64,000 nt of DNA from Antechinus flavipes (lineage: Eukaryota), in the NCBI RefSeq assembly GCF_016432865.1, contig NC_067398.1, positions 698,306,001-698,370,000 on the forward strand, in the 5' to 3' direction. Both the position numbers and the translations under genes were made by a program. Positions 55,201 to 64,000 of the stretch are shown here, piece by piece. Positions within the stretch are counted from its first letter, which is position 1; each line of letters begins with the position of its first letter. A model generated the notes under the pieces. The model was not told the origin of the DNA and did no database searches. It worked only from the letters and a program-made list of their open reading frames with translations.

Positions 55201-57132
55201 TAATTCCAGGCAAAAGCAACCACTAAAGGTGGGATCTGAACTTTTTGCATTGAGTTGCTCTGAAGATGGGGACCCCTGGGTTTTCCCTCACTGAGAATGC
55301 TGCCAGGAAGAGATTCTGGGCCATAAGCTTCTGCTGATTTAGCTCACTGGCATTCCCGTAGACGGAAGGGGAAGCCAACGGATGGCATCTCCACCAGAAC
55401 CGGGGAGCTCTGGAGGCAGAGCACAAACCGGCTATTGATTGGCTTAGGAATGTTTTAGAAAACCTTTGCCATTGTGACTCGTGCCCTTGCCCTCCTTCTT
55501 TGCCCTCACCCTCTCAGATTATTTATTTACTCCATAATTTTGTTCCTTTGCCCTGACTGTTTCTGCAGTGATGCATGAAGGTTGCCGGGGACAGGCCTTG
55601 AGCGTGCTAGGATGCAAAGTGCTTTCCAGATAAATATGGGCTCAATGGGAGGCTTTGGGCCTAAGGCCTCTTGGGACGGGCTTCCTTGAGAAGGGAATTC
55701 TAGGGAATCCCAGAAACCTGCTGGCTGAGATGAGGAGAGAGAGAGAGAACACTCCAGGGGTTGGCAGCCTGGAGGTGAGAGATGGGGACTGGAAGAGGAA
55801 TGAGGGAGGGAGGGCAGTTTATGAAAAGCTGCAAGATTAAATGACTTGCCTAAAGGAAGGAAAAAGGCAAGTGCCATAGGCAGGTTTTGAACTCATTATC
55901 CCAAACCAATACTTTTCCCACTCCACTGATTTTCCACTTTTTATTCTTTTGTCTAGATTTTTATTCATTACGGTCTTTCCTCTGATTATTCAATAACCTG
56001 ATTGTTCCCAGAACTCAGAAATGGCTTCTCCCTCAGTAAAGCAATTGTTTCTGGCAGAGTGATAATGGCAGGCGGGGTGGAAGTGACCCCGGATATTTGA
56101 GGCTCATTCGGCTTCCCTTTGCTGTTACTTTTCTCAAAGAAAAGTTTTCATGACAGTTGTTGGTGAGTTTGGCTTTTTGGTTTTTTGTATGGGACCTGTG
56201 ATTTCTTAGGTCTTAGAATTCCTGATGAGGAAAAACCCCTCTAACAATGCTGATTGGTAACAGTTCTGTCACTTACGAGTGTCTGTGAAGTGACTGGCCC
56301 AGAGTCACACAGCCACCACCTGTTGGAGGTGGGTCTGACTCTGACTGTTCACTCCGGTGCTTCTTGTACATGATCACACGATAGCCTCCATTTATGTAGC
56401 CCTTTGAAGGTTATATGCACATCCTATTTCACACAGAGCCATACGTGCAACTAAGAGGGTGAGATAATGTATGTACATTATCTCACCCTTTTAGTCTTAC
56501 CTTCAGTTTAGAAATATTCCAGCATCAGACTCTTGGACTCCTAAAGCTGCTGTTTTGTTTTCCAAATTAGGATCCCGCTCTCTCCAAATGCCACCTGGAG
56601 GTGGATGGTATCCAGATCACAAGTAGGTTCTGATACAGACCCAGCTGATGTACTTTCCGTTGCAAAATCAGATAGAAGCTGAAAGAGACCTTAGAAATGG
56701 TCTAATCCATACGCGTCAGATCTGCTACCTGAATGCTGCAGGAGGCCCACCAAACCCGAGTGCAGCCTGCCCCAGATTGTCATTGGGATTGTGGTGTTGA
56801 ATTTATCAGTGATACTAAGTCTTTCCCAATTCATTGTTTTTATACAATACCGTATAAATCGTTCTCTTGGTTCTACTCACTTCACTTTGCATCTTGATGT
56901 TCATATAAATCTTCCCAGATTTTTCTGAAATTACCCCCTTCATTTAAGCCTTTCCCCATTTATTATTTTTATAATATTGATGTTACTATATAAATTGTTC
57001 TTTTGGTTCTTCTCACTTGGTTCTCACTTGACTTTGCATCTTGATATTCATATAAATCTTCCCAGATTTTTCTGAAATTATTCCCTATTATTTCTTCTAC
57101 CCCATAAATTGTCCCCCTCCCTCCTCCCCCTC

Positions 57133-57268
57133 CTTGAGGCAGTGGGGTTAAGTGATTTGCCCAGGATCACACAGCCAGGAAGTGCTAAGTGTCTGAGTCC
57201 AGATTTGAACTCAGTCCTCCTAACTTCAGGGTTGGTGTTCTAACTACTGTACCAACTAACTGCCCCTC
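57133..57268 (-). mobile_element. WSINE1-like SINE, diverged
   Basis: Same A/B-box head and gtgtgatcctgggcaaatcacttaacccc body. Confidence 0.75.
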
Positions 57269-58109
57269 CCTTTGTTATTTCCATCGCTGTCATTTATTAC
57301 ATATAATTTGTGCAGCCATTTCTCGGTTGATGAGCATCTAGGGAAGGGGAAAAGAGAATTTAATTGAAAACAAAATTTTCTTAAAAACAACAAAAAAAGA
57401 AAAACATAATTAGGAACAGCTTAACAGAATAAATATACAATGCAACATAGGCAAGTTAATTTTGGTTTTCTAAGTTGATATTCACACTGCAGAGAGCTAT
57501 TTCTATTTGATTTTAAAACCATTGGTCTAATGCAGCCTATTAGTTTACAGATGAGGAAATTGAAGCCTGGAAAAATGAGGTGACTTGGCCATAGTCAGTC
57601 AGACAGGAAATGGAATAGACAAGATCTGTCCTTTCTTTCCATTATACCAGCTCATGTGGTTGACAGTGAAATGGAGAGGGAATTGGCAGAAACACTGGTC
57701 CTTGTGGTATTTGGGAAAGTGTGTTGATGATGAGAACCTGGTGTATTCTGGGACCTCATGAAGCCTGGGCTCGCCCCACTCTTCACCAACTCCCCTAAGA
57801 GCTGTCAGAGCTTTGTCTTAACTTGGGAGTCTAAATTAGACATAATTAGGAAGGTAAATCTGCAGAAAGAAAGTCATCAGCTGGTTAAGTAGCATTTATT
57901 AAGCACCTAAGGCCCAGCTGGAAATGGAAAGAATTGAACTAGGCCCTGCTCTGGAGGAGGCTTATAATTTTGGAAAAGACTAGTAAAGAAAGAATATATA
58001 AAAAGTGAATGGGGTAGTTTAGGGTGGTGTGTGGAAGGGTCAGGAAAGCCTTCTTGAAGAAGGTGAGGCTCCAGGTGGGCATTTTAGGCAGGGATGTTAA
58101 TGCTGGGAG

Positions 58110-58111
<2 letters not shown>

Positions 58112-58151
<40 letters not shown>
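58112..58151. repeat. (GT)n microsatellite
   Basis: Direct reading. Confidence 0.93.
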
Positions 58152-58153
<2 letters not shown>

Positions 58154-58857
58154 ACATGCACATAATAACAAATGGGTTAATTAGGCAGGATGGGGAAGGA
58201 TGAGCAAGAAGGTTGGAAAAGTAGGAAGAATATGAAGGATCAAATGGAGCATGTTCTGTTTGGTCCTAGGGACAGCAGGGAGCTACAAAAGGTTACATAT
58301 CAGACCTGCACTTTAGGATAATCCCTTTGGTAGCAGGAGTGGACTTGAGTCAGAAACACAAGTTAGGAGGCAGATGAACAGGACAGGGAATAGAGGCATC
58401 CTTCACAGCCCTATGCTGGTGCCCTTCCTGGTGGATAGGTCACCCCTGGATTCTCAAAAGTGATGCTAGTGGAGCCCGAGATTGGGAAGGGCCTGCCACG
58501 GTGGCCCGGCTACAGGCCCAGGCCGGGCTCTGGCCAACAAAGGCCAGCCAAATGAAATGCAGGGAGACTGTAGCCCAGGCTGGTCGTGAGTGATGGATGG
58601 CTTGGCCACAACCGCTGGGAGACTATCTTCCAAATCCTAGAGGGCCTGTGAACTGGCCCAGGGAAGGGAAGGCCCACGCCAACAGAAGCGAGAGCCTAGA
58701 AACACGGAGATTGGAGAAGCACACACGCTTTTTTTAAACCTTCCTTGAATCCACTTTTTTCCCCATTTCTGGCCATCAGTGCATCTCACTGTTTAGGTTT
58801 TAAGCTAACTTCTCCTCCTCCACTTCCTCTGCCAACTCTCCATTTTGTCCACCGCAG

Positions 58858-58982
58858 ATGGAGGCAACTGTGTTATCGGCGACTTGAGGGTGTCTACTCC
58901 AGACTCGGGGGATGGGATCCCCTTGAGTCCTACCAGACCCAGCTGGGAAATGAATTACCAAGAGGCAGCAATCTACCTCCAG
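58858..58982 (+). CDS. TPCN1: TPCN1 exon 3 (GGNCVIGDL...WEMNYQEAAIYLQ)
   Basis: ccgcag acceptor, 125 nt, CAG|gtaagt donor. Confidence 0.96.
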
Positions 58983-60440
58983 GTAAGTTTGTGTCTCCCC
59001 TCCCCCTCTCCCCCCTCCCCCCTCTTCTCTCCTCCCCTCCCCTCTGGGCACGGCACCTGGTTTGTCCAGAATGCCACAGTTCAGTTCAGAGCCGAACTTG
59101 TTGATCTACACGGGTCTGATCATTTTAGTCGCTCACTTAAAGTTCAGGTATTCTAAATGTTGAGTGAATTAATGAAGGTCTTAAATCCTGCCCCATCCCC
59201 CGCCATCTGATCCAGAAGTGTAGAGTTAATGGGCCAGAGGGGTCGGCTTTCTTAATATGCTCGGCACCATGGGAGGTGTTGGGAGGGTTATGGCTGGGGA
59301 GGCTCGGGCAGTTTGCTTTTGAAAATTCCTTGGCTTATTATTGAAACGAGTTTAAAAATGTGTCCTAGTCTTTAACTTTTCTGCCATGATCTGCAACTTT
59401 TAGATCTCCCAGCCTAGATTAGTGTTGCTTTCAAGAGAGACTTTCCCTGAATTAATGCTTAAGAATTGATGGTTTCCCCAGTCTCTTTATCCATAGAAGG
59501 GAGATGATGACAGCACCTGCCTCTCAGAGTTGCTGTGAGGATCAAATGAGATCATTTTGTAAAAAAACTTATGAGCACAGGGCCTGGCATGAGGTGGTGC
59601 TCAATAAATGCTCGTTTCTTCCTCCTTTCCTTCCCAGCCTGTGGGAGTCCTGACTCAAGGGCTGAAGTCAGGTCTTTCCACTGGTTCAGCATTTGTTTGG
59701 GCCCCTCAGCAGGTGGTGACCCACAGGGATCGTTCCTGGGGCTGATAATACACAGTTCTTCTCTCTGCCGGTGGCCGAGGTAAAGGGATTGAGCATAGAC
59801 CCAGGAGGTCCCGAGACTTGGTATCTCTTAAACTTAAGATCTGCCAAGTAGTGAGCTAGCCACCGGGCTTACGGATGCCCAGAAGAAAACCTTCTTGCTC
59901 TCAGCCAGCTGGAGAAGATGGCCAGCTCAGAAATAGCAAAGGAACAGGTTTTAGGGCAAGAGGCTGAGTTCCCAAAGGCGCCATCCCCCGGCCCTTTTCT
60001 GACCCTGCCTCCAGCACAAAGACATTTGATGGGAGAAACAGGGCGGCTAAAAGTGGTGTCCGCTTAACCCGAGGAGGGGTTATGGGACAGACTTGAAGGG
60101 GAAGCTCCGGGACTCAGCCCTCATGAGCTGTGGGGAGAGTGTACATGGGGGACTGAGGCTGACGCCTGTGCTTCTGTCCTGTGGTGAACCTGAGGCAGGT
60201 GGATGGAGGGGCTTCTCAGGGGACTCCTGAGAACTGGCCAGGCTTTCCTCCCTTTCCATCCCTCTCCTGTGAATTCTGGTCACATGGCCTTCTCCTAATA
60301 GTGCTCTCTGGGAGGGCCATCCTGCCAAGGCAGGTCTCGGGAACATGAGGTTGCCTCCTCTCCTCCTTTTCTGCCAAGTCTCTCATCCTTCCTCCCACCC
60401 TCTGGCACTGAATCTCTGTCCTCTGCTCTTGGTGTTTCAG

Positions 60441-60617
60441 GAAGGCGAGAATAATGACAAGTTCTTCACCCACCCCAAGAACGCCCAGGGCCTGGCTGCG
60501 TACCTCTTTGTCCACAACCACCTGTTCTACCTGATGGAGCTGACCACGGCTTTGCTCCTGCTGCTGCTCTCCCTCTGCGAGGCTCCCGCTGTCCCCGCGC
60601 TCCGGCTCGGCATTTAT
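60441..60617 (+). CDS. TPCN1: TPCN1 exon 4 ([13 protein letters not shown]...[31 protein letters not shown]), first TM segment
   Basis: tttcag acceptor, 177 nt, TAT|gtaagt donor. Confidence 0.97.
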
Positions 60618-60767
60618 GTAAGTGCCTTCGGGTGTCCTGGGAGAGACTACAGGGCTGGGATGGGGGCACCGAGGGGTGTGAAGAGAGCAAGAGAACAAAC
60701 AGCCAAGGAGAGGACGCCTCATGCATGAGGAGTGATACCCGTCACCCCTTCTGGGGGGCGTCCAGGG

Positions 60768-61177
60768 TGTGATGACGGTGTATTTAAAATCGGCTGGAGT
60801 CAGGAATTCAGTTTAAGGGAAAAATCTTCAATCTTTATTGAAGTGAAGAGTTGAATAAGGATTGCGATAGCAATATGGGCAGCTGTGACAGGAAGCCAGC
60901 TAACAGAGGGGGATTGGAGGTAGAGGGCGGTCGTGATAGCAATGCGAGCAGCTGTGTCAAGACGCCAGCCAGCAGTCTCTCTTTCCGCTTCCCTTTTCAC
61001 TCCCCTGCCTTCACCCACCAAAATTGTCATTTCCTCTACAGCACATCAGGACTTGCACAATTGTGGACAGGGCCATTCTTTCTTCAAGCATATATGTTAA
61101 TAGAGTATGGTCCAATTACTGTTTAGCCTCATGTGCTTGGGACCTCAGTGCATCAACTCGAGCCTCAGCCCATTACA
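60768..61177 (-). mobile_element. 3' LTR (410 bp) of a class II ERV
   Basis: Termini TGTAATG...CATCACA form an imperfect inverted repeat; preceded by PPT AAAAGAAAGCGGGAGA (61178-61193); AATAAA at 60834-60839. Confidence 0.85.
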
Positions 61178-61220
61178 TCTCCCGCTTTCTTTTGTTTTAG
61201 AACACAGGTGGTCATGCCAT

Positions 61221-61420
61221 CCCTGACTCCTCAGGGAGGTCAGAGCCCCCAAGGGGAGGTGATCACAGCCTCCCTGACTTCTCAGGAAAGGAGGTGAAAG
61301 CACCGAAAAGTAGGTGATCACGACCCCCCTGACATCTCAGGAAGGGAGGTGAAAAGCACTAAAAAGGAGATAATCACACCCTCCCTGACATCTCAGGAAG
61401 GGAGATGAAAAGCACCAAAG
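61221..61420. repeat. Four 51-56 bp tandem units, each with hairpin CCTGA-N4-TCAGG
   Basis: Stems start at 61222, 61273, 61328, 61384. Confidence 0.85.
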
Positions 61421-61749
61421 GGAAGTGGGGGTTGCTAGCAGGTTTCTGGGCTGAAGGGTCTTATTATGCACAAACCCATCAGCATGGGAGGTATTACACA
61501 AGCACATAGCAACAACACAGAGGCTATTAGTATGATTCTCCCCACAGTCAGTGCAGGCTTGATGTGGTATCACAAACATGAATTGTACACGCAAGTAATG
61601 ATATAACAAACAATATAAATCAACATGGTGTTGTAAAAGATTGCCAGAAGTCCTAGAAAGAGAGTATGTAAACAGCAGTCACACATATGCCTTATCCAGC
61701 AGCCAAGAGATAGTCCAAAACCAATCTATTGTCCATTGCTTCGCATAGC

Positions 61750-62220
61750 AGGGAATCCAATGATCCCCCCCAAGTTTTTGAAGTCCTGCAAAAATCTTTT
61801 TATGTCTTAGGGAATCCAATGATTCCAGCAGATTTTGAAGTCCTGTAACAGTCTTATCATTTCTCAGAAAATCCAATGATTCCTGAGGGTTTTCAAGTCT
61901 TATGTCTCAAAGAATCCAATGATTCCTGAGGAATCTAAAGTCCTACAACAATCTAATGTCTCAGAGAATCCAATGATTCCTGAGAGTTTTCAAGTCCTAC
62001 AACAATCTTATGTCTCAGAGAATCTAATGATTCCTGAGGGTTTTCAAGTCCTACAACAATCTTATTTCTCAGAGAATCCAATGATTCCTGAGGGTTTTCA
62101 AGTCCTACAACAATCTTATGTCTCAGAGAATCCAATGATTCCTGAGGGTTTTCAAGTCCTACAACAGTCTTATCATGTCTCAGGGATTCCAATGATTCCT
62201 GAGGGTTTTCAAGTCCAACA
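61750..62220. repeat. 54-bp tandem array, about 9 copies, inside the ERV
   Basis: gaatccaatgattcctgagggttttcaagtcctacaacaatcttatgtctcaga recurring with 54-nt period (61912, 61966, 62020, 62074, 62128). Confidence 0.92.
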
Positions 62221-62264
62221 ATTTTTGATGTCCATGATTCAAATGCCATAACTACCATGCTCTT

Positions 62265-64000
62265 TCAGTAGTGGGCACAGTCAGCAACGGAACCACCTGA
62301 TGTTTCTTGGGTCTTCTCTTTCGTTTCGAGGGTTTGCTTTGTCTCTCTGCGATGGACAAGGCAAATATGGCTCATTGGCACCCATCTGATTCCTTCTCCA
62401 CCTGTAGAGATACAAGCAAACCCTCTCCCCCAAGCAGTTAGCCTTTCTGGTCCCTTCCATTCACCACTTTCTGGGTCTCTCCACATCACCTGGTGATTAT
62501 CTAAAGATAGTGGAGCTGCTCGCACTGGACACTGCCCTTCCAGTGGATTATAAAACATGTCTGCTGGAGCCAGTGAATCTTTGTCAAAAATCAAGAAGTT
62601 AATTGTCTAAAGGGTTAGATTTAGACATTCCCTAGGGTTACCTGTGGCTCCCCCTTTCTTTTGTTTTTGGAGGAGCGTCTTAATGTCTCTGTTTCTCCTC
62701 TCTACTATTGCCTGTCCTTGAGAATTAAAGGGTATGCCAGTGGTGTGTAAAATTTTATACTGTGCACAAAAGTGTGCAAAACCTTTGGAGGTATATGCAG
62801 GACCATTGTCTGTTTTTATTGCTTGTGGCACACCCATAATGGCAAATGCTTGCGTGAGGAATTCAGTGACCACTCGGGTGCTGCTGGTATTGCAAAAGTG
62901 AATCCTGAAAAGGTGTCTACCACAACGTGGATAAAAGACCAAAAGATTTATAATGGGTCACATCCATTTGCCAGATTTCATTGAGTCTCAAACCATGAGG
63001 GTTCTTCCCTGGAGGGAGCGTAGGAGCGTGGAAAGGAAGGCAAGCTGTACAGGCTTTTACTATGCTCCTAGCTTCCTCTTTTGTTATCCCAAATTGTAAA
63101 CGCAAAGCTCGAGCAGCCTGATGGTATTTAGAATGGGATTCCTGGGCCTCCTGAAATAAAGGTGTACTGGCTAACATAGTTAAAAGGCTATCTGCCTTTG
63201 AATTCCCATCAAAAATAGGACTTGGAAGTTCACTATGTGAGTGGACATGCAAGATATAAATCTTTCCTGGATGCTTTCTCACTTGCTCCTGAAGTTCCTT
63301 AAAGAGCTGATATATATTAGAAGCTGCAAATTTTATTTGGGCTGTGGCAATTCTTTGTACCACACCTACTGAATAGGCTGAATCAGATATTATATTTATG
63401 TCTCCTGGATAATAAGTGAGAGCTAACATGATCGCATATAATTCGTTCTTCTGAGGGGACTGAAAAGAAGTTCTGACTACTCTTTATAGTTAAGTCATGA
63501 GAGTATACAGCGCAAATATTGTGTTTGGACGCATCTGTAAAGATAGTTGGTCTTTTAAGAGGAACTTTAGAAACTTTTTCTTCAAGAATCCATCACCAAT
63601 TATGTAAAAGTCTGGTTATCTTTAATGGTAACCATTGGAGCCATGGCTAATAAAATTTGCCACTCTGAGATGGTCTCACAGCACACATTAATTTGTGTAT
63701 TGGTGTAAAAGGTGTATATCTTGCCAGATAATTGTACTGCTCGGTTAATGGCCTTTAATAAAATTCTAGCCACAAGCACTGGATAAGGAGTAAGGCTTTG
63801 TTCTGGTTGTGCCGGGAGATTTACCCACTCTATTACACCTTGATGAAGTCTCCTTGATGAAGGACTGCTGTGGGTGCCTCTTGTGTGGCCAAAGTGATAT
63901 TTCCAAGGGTTTTTGAGTGACTCTTTCAACCACATTGGATAAAGCCAGTTCAACTTCTCTCAAAGCCTCTTGAGCTTCTTTTGTAAGTTGGCGTGGTGAA
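62265..64000 (-). pseudogene. ERV pol pseudogene: RT connection, RNase H, integrase
   Basis: SPRQLTKEA, TIFTDAS, NELYA, SDSAY, HHCC finger (HSKYH...CTAC), [40 protein letters not shown]; broken by several frameshifts and stops. Confidence 0.95.

Larger units (their letters stand above)
60768..64000 (-). mobile_element. Env-less betaretrovirus-like ERV, 3' part, antisense in a TPCN1 intron
   Basis: Order is pol fragments, tandem arrays, PPT, LTR; continues past the right edge. Confidence 0.9.

Noticed and set aside
56860-57085. About 70-bp direct duplication
   Set aside because: Local duplication within a decayed antisense L1 3' fragment; no sign of function

Overview
Eukaryotic, intron-rich genomic DNA from a marsupial, probably Australian, judged from WSINE1-like and Mar1/MIR SINEs, marsupial-type L1 3' ends and CR1/L3 relics. 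It carries the mammalian DDX54 - RITA1 - IQCD - TPCN1 block. DDX54 is on the minus strand with coding exons 1-19; its last exon lies left of base 1. RITA1 (plus, 267 aa) and IQCD/DRC10 (minus, 442 aa) are complete. TPCN1 (plus) is present up to its 4th exon and continues beyond the window. There are two head-to-head promoters: DDX54/RITA1 at about 15.0-16.3 kb and IQCD/TPCN1 at about 36.7-37.8 kb. The right end holds a decayed, env-less betaretrovirus-like (class II) ERV inserted antisense in a TPCN1 intron, with pol fragments, two tandem arrays, a PPT and a 410-bp 3' LTR. Main points of interest: (1) a candidate alternative coding exon at 52103-52211 that splices in frame to TPCN1 exon 3 and would replace the dileucine-bearing N-terminus; (2) a 33-codon uORF just upstream of the TPCN1 start; (3) a U12-type intron in DDX54; (4) a 1-nt deficit breaking the DDX54 frame in exon 2, probably an assembly error; (5) a repeated hairpin array and an 18-aa-repeat ORF where the ERV env should be; (6) several GC-rich minisatellites. 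All exon boundaries were read by eye, and comparisons to human proteins are from memory, not database searches. There is no CRISPR, rRNA or true tRNA gene.
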